DNA from: an uncultured Verrucomicrobia subdivision 3 bacterium
Lineage (GTDB): Bacteria; Verrucomicrobiota; Verrucomicrobiia; Limisphaerales; UBA11358
DNA length: 64,000 nucleotides
Direction of reading: 5' to 3'
NCBI GenBank assembly: GCA_903878805.1
Contig: CAIRJF010000028.1
Coordinates: 12,529-76,528 of the forward strand
Position numbers and translations under genes: made by a program. Numbering within the stretch: the stretch's first letter is position 1; the number at the start of each line of letters is the position of its first letter. Below the pieces are notes generated by a model. The model was given only the letters and a program-made list of their open reading frames with translations. It was not told where the DNA came from and made no database searches. Shown piece by piece: positions 8,854 through 18,548 of the stretch.

Positions 8854-10209
8854 ATGAAATCGACCCTGCTAATTGTGGATGACGAAAAGACGACGCGCGA
8901 AGGGCTGCGTGCAGCGCTCGAGGAACGTTATGACGTTTACATCGCGGAGGACGCGAAGGCGGCGATGGAATTGCTTGAAAGTGAAAATTTTGACGTGATG
9001 CTGACGGATTTCCGGTTGCCAAATGAGGACGGAATGAAATTAATTTCGCGCGCGAAATCTTTACCCAAGCCGCCGATCTGCATTTTGATGACGGCTTACG
9101 GTTCGGAAGAACTCGCGGTGGATGCGATGAAACGCGGCGCAGACGATTACATCGCCAAAGGCCGATTGCAGATTGATGAATTGGAAATGCGTATCGCGCG
9201 TTCGCTCAAGCAGCAGCATTTGGAAGTCGAAAATGTTTCGCTGCGCAAACAACTCGATTCCAAATTTGGACTGGAAACCATCATCGGCAAATCGCCGGTG
9301 ATGACGGAGATTTTTGAAATTGTGCAACAGGTCGCGCCCACGCGCGCGACGGTTCTGGTGCTGGGGGAAAGCGGCACGGGCAAGGAACTCATCGCAAAGG
9401 CCGTGCACAAATTGAGTCCGCGCGCGCAGCAGCCGTTCGTGACGGTGCATTGCGCGGCACTCGCGCCGACGTTGCTGGAAAGCGAACTGTTCGGCCACGA
9501 ACGCGGCGCGTTTACCGGCGCGCACGAACGGCGTATCGGGCGTTTTGAACAGGCGCAGGGCGGAACGCTTTTTCTCGACGAGATTGGCGAGATTGACGCG
9601 ACGATTCAGGTGAAACTGCTGCGTTTTTTGGGCGAAAGAACTTTTGAACGCGTCGGTTCAAACAAGACTTTGGTTGCGGACGTGCGCCTCGTCGCGGCAA
9701 CGAATAAAGATTTGGAAGAACTGGTCAAGGCCGGGAAATTCCGCGAGGATTTATTTTTCCGCCTGCGTGTGGTGGAAATCGAATTGCCGCCGTTGCGCGA
9801 GCGGACGGGCGACATTCCCCTGCTGGCGCAAAGTTTCCTGCGCGAGTTCGCGAAGGAAAACGGCAAGGCGGTGAACGACTTTACGCTGGACGCGCTCGAA
9901 GCGCTGATGAATTTTTCCTGGCCGGGGAATGTGCGGGAGTTGCGCACGGCCATCGAGCACGCGGTGGTTTTGAGCCGCGGCGAGCGGATTTCGCTCCGCG
10001 ACCTGCCGCCGTCGGTGCGCGGCGGCGGGCGCATTGACACGCAATTGTTACACGGAAAAGATTTGACGGTGAAGGATGCGGAGAAACAATTGATCATGCG
10101 CGCCTTGAAAGAGACGGATGGCAACCGCACGCACGCGGCAAAAAAAATCGGCATGAGCCGGCGGACGTTCCACCGCAAATTACACGAGTATCATTTGGAA
10201 GGATTTTAA
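8854..10209 (+). CDS. Sigma54-dependent response regulator (NtrC/AtoC family)
   Basis: Receiver domain (LIVDD), GESGTGKE, GAFTGA, FLDEIGE, WPGNVREL and a Fis-type HTH. ATG at 8854. Confidence 0.95.
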   Translation: MKSTLLIVDDEKTTREGLRAALEERYDVYIAEDAKAAMELLESENFDVMLTDFRLPNEDGMKLISRAKSLPKPPICILMTAYGSEELAVDAMKRGADDYIAKGRLQIDELEMRIARSLKQQHLEVENVSLRKQLDSKFGLETIIGKSPVMTEIFEIVQQVAPTRATVLVLGESGTGKELIAKAVHKLSPRAQQPFVTVHCAALAPTLLESELFGHERGAFTGAHERRIGRFEQAQGGTLFLDEIGEIDATIQVKLLRFLGERTFERVGSNKTLVADVRLVAATNKDLEELVKAGKFREDLFFRLRVVEIELPPLRERTGDIPLLAQSFLREFAKENGKAVNDFTLDALEALMNFSWPGNVRELRTAIEHAVVLSRGERISLRDLPPSVRGGGRIDTQLLHGKDLTVKDAEKQLIMRALKETDGNRTHAAKKIGMSRRTFHRKLHEYHLEGF

Positions 10210-10213
10210 TTTT

Positions 10214-12034
10214 ATGGGTTCCGAACAGATTCAAAAAATAATTTACGCGCTCGAGGTCGGCGCGGTATCGCGCTGGCTGAAGTTTTTGCCGCTGGCGGTG
10301 GCGGTCATCGGGCTGGCGGTGCTGTATGACTTGAGCGCGTATCGCAGCTTCAATTCCGTCGAGGCGATGGACGCGGCGCAGGTGGCGCGCAACCTGTCGG
10401 AAGGGAAAGGCCTCACGACGGATTTCATCCGGCCGTTCAGCGTGTATCTCGTCCAGAAACACAACCACGAATTGCATCCGGGCGAACTGCAATTGACGAA
10501 CGCGGTGGACTTCGCGCAGCTCAACGGCGCGCATCCCGACCTTGCAAATGCGCCGGTGTATCCGACGGTGCTGGCGGGTATGATGAAGTTCTGGACGCCG
10601 AACTGGAAGGCGGAGACGCGCAAGCCGTTCTGGTCCGAGGGCGGTCGCTTCATGCGGTATCAGGCCGAGTGGCGCATCGCCATTTTCAACCAGACGCTGC
10701 TGCTGGTGGTGGTGGCGCTGACCTATTTGATCGCCAGAAAATTATATGATCCCTCGGCGGCGTGGCTGGCGGCACTGCTGACGCTGGGTGCGGATTTGCT
10801 TTGGCGGTTCAGTGTATCGGGCCTGTCCACGATGTTGCTGCTGATCATTTTTCTGGGGCTGGTCTGGTGTCTGTTGAAAATCGAGGAACTGGGCCGCGCG
10901 GAGCAGCCGAAGATTGGAAATCTTTTTCTGCTCGCCCTCATTGCGGGTTTGCTCGTTGGTGCGGGAATGCTGACGCGTTATGCGTTCGGCTGGGCCATCG
11001 TGCCGGTGGTCATTTTTCTCTCGCTCTTCGGCGGCGCGCGGCGGCCCGGCCTGGCCGTGGCGGCGTTTTTGGCCTTTGCGCTGTTCGTGACGCCGTGGAT
11101 TATCCGCAACCTCGCAGTGAGCGGCACGCTGTTCGGCACGGCAGGCTACGCGGTGGTGGAGGGCACGTTTGCCTTCCCCGGCTCGCGGCTCATGCAGTCC
11201 GTCAATCCCGACCTGACCTCGGCCTACTGGGTGCGGCCTTACATGAGAAAATTTCTGGAGAACATCCGCAACATTTTGCAGGGCGACTTGCTGCGCATCG
11301 GCGGCAATTGGGTGGCGATGCTCTTCTTCGCCGGGCTGCTGCTCGGGCTGCGCAATCTCTCCGCGCGCCGGCTGCGTTATTTCACGATGATGTGTATGGG
11401 TGTTTTTGCCGTCGTGCAGGCGCTGGGTCGGACGCAGCTCTCCGCCATTTCGCCGGAGATCAATTCCGAAAACCTGCTGGTGCTGCTCACGCCGCTCGTC
11501 GCGATTTTTGGCGTCGGATTTTTTCTCACGCTGCTGAACCAGATGAAGACGCCGTCGCCGCAAATCCGCATCGGCGTCATTGTCCTGATGGTCGTGATCT
11601 CCTGCCAGCCGCTCATCGCCAATCTGCTGCCGCCCAAAATGTCGCCCGTGTCCTACCCGCCTTATTATCCGCCGGAGATCCAAAAAATCTCCGCGTGGAT
11701 GCACCCCAACGAACTCATCATGAGCGACATCCCGTGGGCCGTCGCCTGGTATGGCGACCATCAATGCGTCTGGACCACCATCAATTCGCAATATGAATTT
11801 TTCCAGTTCAACGACTATGTCAAGCAGGTGCGCGCTCTCTACCTCACGCTCAATACACTCGACGGCAGACTCTTCACCGAATGTCTGCAAGGTGGCGTAG
11901 ATAGCTGGGGAAATTTCTGTTTGAAGACCGTCGCTGCCAACCAGATTCCGCCGCAATTTCCGTTGCGCACCGCGCCTTATGGTTTGCTTTCCGGCTTATT
12001 TCTCACCGACCGGCAACGCTGGGAAACCCAATAA
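10214..12034 (+). CDS. GT-C (ArnT/PMT-like, family 39) membrane glycosyltransferase
   Basis: DAAQVARNL..G.G, APVYP, many TM segments, PWIIRN and a C-terminal IMSDIPW domain. Confidence 0.75.
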   Translation: MGSEQIQKIIYALEVGAVSRWLKFLPLAVAVIGLAVLYDLSAYRSFNSVEAMDAAQVARNLSEGKGLTTDFIRPFSVYLVQKHNHELHPGELQLTNAVDFAQLNGAHPDLANAPVYPTVLAGMMKFWTPNWKAETRKPFWSEGGRFMRYQAEWRIAIFNQTLLLVVVALTYLIARKLYDPSAAWLAALLTLGADLLWRFSVSGLSTMLLLIIFLGLVWCLLKIEELGRAEQPKIGNLFLLALIAGLLVGAGMLTRYAFGWAIVPVVIFLSLFGGARRPGLAVAAFLAFALFVTPWIIRNLAVSGTLFGTAGYAVVEGTFAFPGSRLMQSVNPDLTSAYWVRPYMRKFLENIRNILQGDLLRIGGNWVAMLFFAGLLLGLRNLSARRLRYFTMMCMGVFAVVQALGRTQLSAISPEINSENLLVLLTPLVAIFGVGFFLTLLNQMKTPSPQIRIGVIVLMVVISCQPLIANLLPPKMSPVSYPPYYPPEIQKISAWMHPNELIMSDIPWAVAWYGDHQCVWTTINSQYEFFQFNDYVKQVRALYLTLNTLDGRLFTECLQGGVDSWGNFCLKTVAANQIPPQFPLRTAPYGLLSGLFLTDRQRWETQ

Positions 12035-12036
12035 AA

Positions 12037-13047
12037 TCAAGCCGCTGCACGTTTCAGCCGATCCGCGATACCTGACCATTCCGGAGAATCTGGCGGCGCT
12101 TCCACGACAATCAACTGCGCGCCCGCCGCGTCACAACGATGCAACTCCGCATACAGCGCGCGCGCAAATGCCTCCGCATCGTGCGGCATCACGCTCACGT
12201 CGAAAAACTTTTCGCCCGCGGGAATTTTTGTGTGCGCGATGATGCAGCTATTTTCAGTTTTTAATTTTAAGTTTTTAATTTTAAGTTCCAGCTCTCTATC
12301 GTCGCGCCAATCTAAAACCAACAGTTTGGCTTTCGGCGAATAATGTTTCTCCAAAAGTCCGGGGCTGCGCAGCGTGCCTTTAATTCTGAATTCTGAATTC
12401 TCAATTCTGAATTCTCCCGCGACGGCGGCCAACGCTTCCGTGTGGATCATGCCCGGCCGCAAAACGCGCGGCGGCGAAACAGATAAATCCAAAACCGTGG
12501 ATTCAATTCCCACCTGCGATTGTCCACCATCCACGATGAGGGAAATTTTTTTGCCGAGCTGCGCATGAACGTGCTCCGCGTTCGTCGGTGAAATCTGATT
12601 CGATAAATTGGCGCTCGGCGCGGCGAGCGGAAAACCACATTCACGAATAACCGCCTGCATGAACGGATGACTCGGCCAGCGCACGCCAACCGTTTCGCCG
12701 CTGGCGGTCACGGCATCGGGAATTTTTTCTGCGCGCGGCAAAACCAATGTCAGCGGGCCGGGCCAAAATGCTTTTGAAAAATCCTGTGCCAGCACGGAAA
12801 AATTTTCTACGCAATCACGCGCCATCTCATTGCTCGCAATATGGACGATGATGGGATTGTGCGCTGGCCGACCTTTGATTTCGAAAATTTTGGCGACGGC
12901 TTTTTCATCCAACGCATTGGCAGCGAGGCCGTAAACGGTTTCCGTCGGCAAGGCGACGACTTCGCCAGCACGCAGCAGTTCGGCGGCGCGACGGACGGCT
13001 TTTCGAAAAAGCTCCGGCGTGTGGGTTGGAAGAATTTCAGCGGCCAC
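12037..13047 (-). CDS. tsaC: Threonylcarbamoyl-AMP synthase (Sua5/TsaC)
   Basis: LPTETVYGL, KGRPAHNPIIVH, FWPGPLT, AAPSAN, SPGLLEKHYSP and a SUA5 C-terminal domain. Confidence 0.93.
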   Translation of the reverse strand: MAAEILPTHTPELFRKAVRRAAELLRAGEVVALPTETVYGLAANALDEKAVAKIFEIKGRPAHNPIIVHIASNEMARDCVENFSVLAQDFSKAFWPGPLTLVLPRAEKIPDAVTASGETVGVRWPSHPFMQAVIRECGFPLAAPSANLSNQISPTNAEHVHAQLGKKISLIVDGGQSQVGIESTVLDLSVSPPRVLRPGMIHTEALAAVAGEFRIENSEFRIKGTLRSPGLLEKHYSPKAKLLVLDWRDDRELELKIKNLKLKTENSCIIAHTKIPAGEKFFDVSVMPHDAEAFARALYAELHRCDAAGAQLIVVEAPPDSPEWSGIADRLKRAAA

Positions 13048-13050
13048 GGC

Positions 13051-14259
13051 TTATTCGTAGCGCAAAGCTTCGATCGGGTCGAGCCGCGAAGCCTTCCACG
13101 CCGGATAAAATCCCGACACGATGCCGATGGCCGCGCTGGAAATACAGGCTATGCCGATCCACGCGAACGGCGTCAGTGTCGGCCAACCGGTGAAGTGCGA
13201 AGTGATTTTGGCCGCACCCATGCCTAACGCGATTCCCAAAATGCCGCCAAACGCACTCAACGTAACGGCTTCAATCAAAAATTGAATCAGGATGTCGCGC
13301 CCACGCGCACCGACGGCCATGCGGATGCCGATTTCGCGGGTCCGTTCCGTGACGCTGACGAGCATGATGTTCATGATGCCGATGCCGCCGACGATGAGCG
13401 ACACACTCGCAATCGCGCCGAGCAGCACGGACATGATGCGCGAAGTTGAAGTCGCCATTTGCATCAATTCAAGCTGGCTGCGCACCGTGAAATCCGGTTC
13501 CGCACTTTTGTGACGGTCGAGTAGGAGCGTGTTGATGTCCGCCTGCACTTGATTGATGGTGTCCTTGCTAGCGGCCTGCACCATGATGGAGTTCACAAAA
13601 TTGCGGCTCGTGATGCGACGCATGTGGCTCGTGTAAGGAATGACCACCACGTCATCCTGATCCTGACCGAACAAATTAAATCCTTTCGACTCCAGCACGC
13701 CGACAACTTTGAACGGAATGTTCCGCACGATCAATGTCTGTCCAATTGGGTCGTCGTTGATGAATAATTGATCAACCACGGTTTTACCGATGATGGCGAC
13801 TTTCGACAGGCCGCGCACGTCGCCCTCGGTGAACATTCCGCCGCTCGCGATATCCCAGTCGCGGATCTGCGGATAATCCGGTGACTCGCCGAGAATCTGC
13901 GTGTTCCAGTTCAGGCCGTTCGCCAAAATTTGTGCGCGGTCGCGGACTTCCGGGCTGACGGCGACGACATTGGCGACTTCATTTTTAATCGCGCGCGAAT
14001 CTTCCACCGTCAACGTCGGTGCACTGCCCCAGCCGCCGCGCATTCCGCCGCTGCTGAAATTGCCAGAGAAAACCGTAACGATATTTTGGCCCAGGCTGGC
14101 GACTTTATCTTCGACTTGTTTCGTTGCACCAGTCGTGATGCTGACCGACGCGATGACCGAGCCGACGCCAATGATGACGCCGAGCATCGTCAGCAGCGAA
14201 CGCATTTTGTTCCGGCGCAACGCGCGACCGGCGAGTTTGAATGGCGCGAAAAATTTCAT
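13051..14259 (-). CDS. MacB-family ABC permease
   Basis: RSLLTMLGVIIGV, GIGIMNIMLVSVTERTREIGIRMAVGA, DPIEALRYE. Confidence 0.92.
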   Translation of the reverse strand: MKFFAPFKLAGRALRRNKMRSLLTMLGVIIGVGSVIASVSITTGATKQVEDKVASLGQNIVTVFSGNFSSGGMRGGWGSAPTLTVEDSRAIKNEVANVVAVSPEVRDRAQILANGLNWNTQILGESPDYPQIRDWDIASGGMFTEGDVRGLSKVAIIGKTVVDQLFINDDPIGQTLIVRNIPFKVVGVLESKGFNLFGQDQDDVVVIPYTSHMRRITSRNFVNSIMVQAASKDTINQVQADINTLLLDRHKSAEPDFTVRSQLELMQMATSTSRIMSVLLGAIASVSLIVGGIGIMNIMLVSVTERTREIGIRMAVGARGRDILIQFLIEAVTLSAFGGILGIALGMGAAKITSHFTGWPTLTPFAWIGIACISSAAIGIVSGFYPAWKASRLDPIEALRYE

Positions 14260-15020
14260 GCGAGTTTCACGGCCTCCTGCGCCAGTTTCAAATTCTTCAA
14301 CTCGTGTTCCGCATTCAAACGGTCGGCCACATTTTCGTCCGTCACGATTTTTCCATCGCGCAAAATAATCATGCGCTTGGTGTAACGCGCCACGTCCAGT
14401 TCGTGCGTGACCATGATGATGGTGATGCCGGCGTCATTCAATTTTTGGAACACGCCCATGATTTCGATGCTCGTCTGACTATCGAGATTTCCCGTCGGCT
14501 CGTCCGCCAGCAGCAGCGACGGCTGGTTCACTAGCGCCCGCGCGATGGCGACACGCTGCTGTTGTCCGCCGGAAAGCTGGTTTGGTTTGTGGTCGGCGCG
14601 TTGCGCGAGGCCGACCAACTCAAGTGATTTTTGGGCGCGCTCTTTTTGCTCGTGCGCCGGCACGCGCTGATGATTGTAAAGCATCGGCATCTCGACATTC
14701 TCCAGCGCGGTCGTGCGTGAAAGCAGGTTAAAACCCTGGAAAACAAAGCCGATTTTGTCGTTGCGAATTTTTGCACGCGCGTCGCGGTCAAGCGTGGAAA
14801 CGTCCAGGCCGTCGAGAAAATAATTTCCATTCGTCGGCCGGTCGAGACAGCCGATCATGTTCATCAACGTGCTTTTGCCGGAACCGCTCGAACCCATGAT
14901 GGCCACAAATTCGCCGGGTTGGATGTCGAGCGAGACGCCGCGCACGGCGTGAACATCCACTTCACCCGTGCGGTAAATCTTGTGGATGTCGGCAAGCTTG
15001 ATGACGGCGTTCGTAGGCAC
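14256..15020 (-). CDS. ABC ATP-binding protein (LolD/MacB-N type)
   Basis: [26 protein letters not shown]. Confidence 0.93.
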   Translation of the reverse strand: MPTNAVIKLADIHKIYRTGEVDVHAVRGVSLDIQPGEFVAIMGSSGSGKSTLMNMIGCLDRPTNGNYFLDGLDVSTLDRDARAKIRNDKIGFVFQGFNLLSRTTALENVEMPMLYNHQRVPAHEQKERAQKSLELVGLAQRADHKPNQLSGGQQQRVAIARALVNQPSLLLADEPTGNLDSQTSIEIMGVFQKLNDAGITIIMVTHELDVARYTKRMIILRDGKIVTDENVADRLNAEHELKNLKLAQEAVKLA

Positions 15021-15032
15021 GACAGTTAAAAA

Positions 15033-16268
15033 TTAGCGGCGCGGGAACCCGCCGCCGAACGGACTGGAGGTGGCATTAGAATTTTGCGCGTCGGCTTGCG
15101 CAACGCTGGAGACGACTTTATCGCCTTCATTCAAGCCGGCGGTGACTTCGGTGAAAATGCCATCGGTGATTCCAACCTTGATCTGCACCGGCTTCAATTG
15201 CGCCGCGCTATCGCTGCCCGCGAGCACATAAACCGTGCGCAGACCGCGTCCGCCCTTGTTTTTATGTTGCGCCTTGTCGGTCGCCACGTCATTGGTTTGC
15301 ACCACGCCGCCGACTTGGTTGGTCAGCACGACCGCATTATCCGGCGGACGAAAACGCAATGCGACATTGGGGATTTTCAACACATCTTCCCGCTGCGCGA
15401 CGATGACGGAGACGTTGGCCGTCATGCCAGGTTTCAATTTGTAATCCGCATTCGTCACGCTGATGACGGTGTCGTAGGTGACGACGTTGTTGACGGTGAT
15501 AGGTGAATTGCGCACCTGCGCCACCTCGCCGTGGAAAGTGCGCGTCGGATACGCGTCCACCGTGAAATCCACGCTCTGCCCTTCCACCACGCCGCCGATG
15601 TCGGCCTCGGACACGTTGGAATCAATCTGCATTTTCGTCAGGTCGTTCGCGATTTGGAAAATCGTCGGTGTGTTGAAACTGGAGGCAACCGTCTGACCCA
15701 ATTCCACCGCGCGCGAAATCACCACGCCGTCCACCGGCGAAACGATTTTGCAGTAGTTCAAATTCACCAGCGCGTTGCTCAACGAGGCCTGTTTGATTTT
15801 CACCGTCGCCTCGGCCTCGTGCAGCGTGGCAAGCGCCGTGTCGAAATCCGAGCCGGAGATCAGCTTGTTCGTGAACAACTCCGCGCTGCGGTCATACTCC
15901 ACCTGCTGCAATTCGAGATTCGCCCGCGCGTTCGCCAAGTCCGCCTGGCTTTGCTCGACGGCGGCCTGATAAGTCGCCGGATCAATCTCGGCGATGACCT
16001 GGTTCGACTTCACCACCGAGTTGTAATCCACATTCAACACGCTGATGCGCCCCGACACCTGGCTGCCCACCGTCACGTTCACCACCGGATTCAACGTGCC
16101 GGTGGCCGTGACCGTGGCGATAATCTCGCCACGCGTGGCCGCGACCGTGTTGAAAGCCATCGCCGCCCCGCCGGCATGGCGAAAATAAAAATATGCGCCC
16201 GCGCCCAGCGCGAGCAGGAGCGCGAGCCAAATCCATTTCCACCAACCACCGCGATTTTTTTCCGGCAT
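15033..16268 (-). CDS. MacA-type membrane fusion (periplasmic adaptor) protein
   Basis: TM anchor, VGSQVSGRI, SPVDGVVI, GQTVASSF, LKPGMTA. ATG at 16268. Confidence 0.9.
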   Translation of the reverse strand: MPEKNRGGWWKWIWLALLLALGAGAYFYFRHAGGAAMAFNTVAATRGEIIATVTATGTLNPVVNVTVGSQVSGRISVLNVDYNSVVKSNQVIAEIDPATYQAAVEQSQADLANARANLELQQVEYDRSAELFTNKLISGSDFDTALATLHEAEATVKIKQASLSNALVNLNYCKIVSPVDGVVISRAVELGQTVASSFNTPTIFQIANDLTKMQIDSNVSEADIGGVVEGQSVDFTVDAYPTRTFHGEVAQVRNSPITVNNVVTYDTVISVTNADYKLKPGMTANVSVIVAQREDVLKIPNVALRFRPPDNAVVLTNQVGGVVQTNDVATDKAQHKNKGGRGLRTVYVLAGSDSAAQLKPVQIKVGITDGIFTEVTAGLNEGDKVVSSVAQADAQNSNATSSPFGGGFPRR

Positions 16269-16445
16269 AAAATAAAAGAGAGATTCCGCCAACGCAGACT
16301 GCACTGGCAACCGGCAAGTTACGACAATTTCTGCGCCCGAAGCAATTTCCATTTGCAGGTTTTGCCGCCGCGCTGCCACAGGCAAAGCCCCCTTGTCAAA
16401 TGACAATGTCGCGTTGCCGAGACATTGTAATTGGCCGAAAACTCT

Positions 16446-17537
16446 TCAAACAGTATGAAAGCGGGCGCGCAGTTTGAGCAAGGGCTTTTCCAGCAGATAA
16501 TAAGAGGCGTGCGCCGCGAGCAAGGCGGTCAGAATCCATGTAGGAAAACGCAGCCACCATGCGCTCGTGAGGCCAAAGACGGATTTTTCCGTGCCGCAAA
16601 ACATTTGCTGCCAGATGTAAATGGAGTAGGACAAAACTCCGATATGCCGCACCCATTTCCAATTCAAGGCGCGATAAAATCCGTATTCCGGCAGCAACAG
16701 ACTTTGCAGCATCAACAAGGTGAACCCGATGGCTTGAAAGGAGTCGAAACAGGTGGCGCCAAAACGTCCGTGGAACGGCAGCAGCCACGGCGAGAAAATC
16801 AAAAGCACGCCGGCGACCGGGATTTTGCCGGAATGTTTTTGGTAAAAGGTGGCCAGAGAATGCCGCCATTGATTGAACCAGAACGCGGCCAGACAGCCAT
16901 AGGCCAGCGAGTCAAATCGGGCAAAGAATGAACTGTTGGCAAACAGAAATTCCCAGCCCGCCGGATACAGTTGTTTGTAATGCAGCAGCCGGATGGTCGG
17001 GGCGACGATGACTGGCAGGAGCAAAACCTTTACCAGCTTCGTGGCGTCGGCGGAACGCTTGAACAAAACGACCAACAGGACGGGCCAGAATAAATAAAAT
17101 TGTTCCTCCACGCCCAATGACCACAAATGTCCGGCGGCAAGCGGCGGATGGAACATGATAAAATCCGTGGTGAAGGTCAGATTGCCCACCCACATGGCCG
17201 TGGCTTGGGTGTAGTGTGTAAAACAGGCCAGCACCAAAAGGTAGCAATAGCAGACGGGCAGGATGCGGAGGGCGCGGCGGATGTAAAAGTTTTTCAGGTT
17301 GATGCCGCCCGCCGCCGCCTGTTCCTGAATCAGCAGATGTGTGATGAGAAAACCGCTGATAACGAAGAAAAAGCGCACACCCCAGATACCAACCGCGTCA
17401 CAACAATTGAATAGTGTTTTGCTGGCGGTGGGAAACCCCGTGGTGAAAGTAGAATGCGAAATTAAAACTAGTGCGATGCTGATAGCCCGCCAGCCGTCGA
17501 GCGACGGCAGCTTGGAAGTGCGGGTGGGTTTGGTCAT
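16446..17537 (-). CDS. Acyltransferase-3 (OafA-like) O-acyltransferase
   Basis: LDGWRAISI, FFVISGFLIT, FYIRRALRI, HLWSLGVEEQFY, SYSIYIWQ. Confidence 0.9.
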   Translation of the reverse strand: MTKPTRTSKLPSLDGWRAISIALVLISHSTFTTGFPTASKTLFNCCDAVGIWGVRFFFVISGFLITHLLIQEQAAAGGINLKNFYIRRALRILPVCYCYLLVLACFTHYTQATAMWVGNLTFTTDFIMFHPPLAAGHLWSLGVEEQFYLFWPVLLVVLFKRSADATKLVKVLLLPVIVAPTIRLLHYKQLYPAGWEFLFANSSFFARFDSLAYGCLAAFWFNQWRHSLATFYQKHSGKIPVAGVLLIFSPWLLPFHGRFGATCFDSFQAIGFTLLMLQSLLLPEYGFYRALNWKWVRHIGVLSYSIYIWQQMFCGTEKSVFGLTSAWWLRFPTWILTALLAAHASYYLLEKPLLKLRARFHTV

Positions 17538-17565
17538 GGGTTTGTAAGCTTCGGATTATTACAAC

Positions 17566-18546
17566 TTAAACTTTTTTCCACCGCTCGCGCAACTGCACGA
17601 GTTGGGCGGTGGGCGGGAATTTCGCGAGGGCGTTTCGCAATTTGCGCTTGTGATGACGACGGTAAAAATCCCACCGGCAGCGCAGCCTTTCAACAAAATT
17701 TAGATTCAGAGTGCGGCAGGCCAGATATACTTCCGGCCGGATGATGTAATAAGGATAATTATATCCCGCCCAGTGAATCAGGGGGAGCGATTTACCGTCG
17801 GGTAACGTGGCGCGTCCGCTGCGCCGGTCAAAGCGGAAGGGCACGGTGGCAAAGACGGAACTGCTCATCGTTGGGAACAGCTCGGTGATTAACGCCAGCC
17901 GCCGCCGCAACCGGTGCATGGTGTAATTCAGGAACGGCTGGTCAATGGCGCTGACCTTGAGCTGGTCGCGGAGTTGCGCGGCTTCCGGGGCGAGCCGCCC
18001 GCGATCTGCATCCGACACCAAACCTTTGCGCGCGACGAATACACCGGCATTGAACCCTTGCGCCTGATGCGTGGCGATCATTTGCGCCGCCAGTTCCGGC
18101 AGATAAACTTGGCTCATGTCGGGGTCAAAATAAACGAGGTCATAGGGCGACGCGGCAAACGCCGTCAAAATTTCCTGCAGCGAGGAGGTCACGACGATGT
18201 CGGCATCGAGATAAATAAATTCGTCATACGGCCCAGCGAACGCGGCGTGTTTGCGGAACATCCCCGCCGCCAGCGGCGAGCCGTTGACCTGTTGCGCCAG
18301 CGCGTCAAAGCGGCGGCAGGGCGCTTCGTCCAAAATGTCGAAGCGGAGTTGCGGCGCTAATTTTCTTAACTCCGCCAGCGCATCGTTGTAGGGAATGACG
18401 GTCACCGGCAGCTCGGGGTCGTGCCGCCGCAGACTATGAACCAACGCCAAAAATGCTTCGATTACAGCATCGTTGGCCAGCACATAAACGCCCCGCTTGG
18501 GTGGCAGCTTATTTTCCGCGACAACGCTTTTTTCAACGACAGGCAT
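17566..18546 (-). CDS. GT8-like glycosyltransferase (resembles the Npun_R2821/R2822 family)
   Basis: GVYVLANDAV, YLDAD (DxD), FNAGVF, DQPFLNY, IHWAG. Confidence 0.75.
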   Translation of the reverse strand: MPVVEKSVVAENKLPPKRGVYVLANDAVIEAFLALVHSLRRHDPELPVTVIPYNDALAELRKLAPQLRFDILDEAPCRRFDALAQQVNGSPLAAGMFRKHAAFAGPYDEFIYLDADIVVTSSLQEILTAFAASPYDLVYFDPDMSQVYLPELAAQMIATHQAQGFNAGVFVARKGLVSDADRGRLAPEAAQLRDQLKVSAIDQPFLNYTMHRLRRRLALITELFPTMSSSVFATVPFRFDRRSGRATLPDGKSLPLIHWAGYNYPYYIIRPEVYLACRTLNLNFVERLRCRWDFYRRHHKRKLRNALAKFPPTAQLVQLRERWKKV

Positions 18547-18548
18547 AA

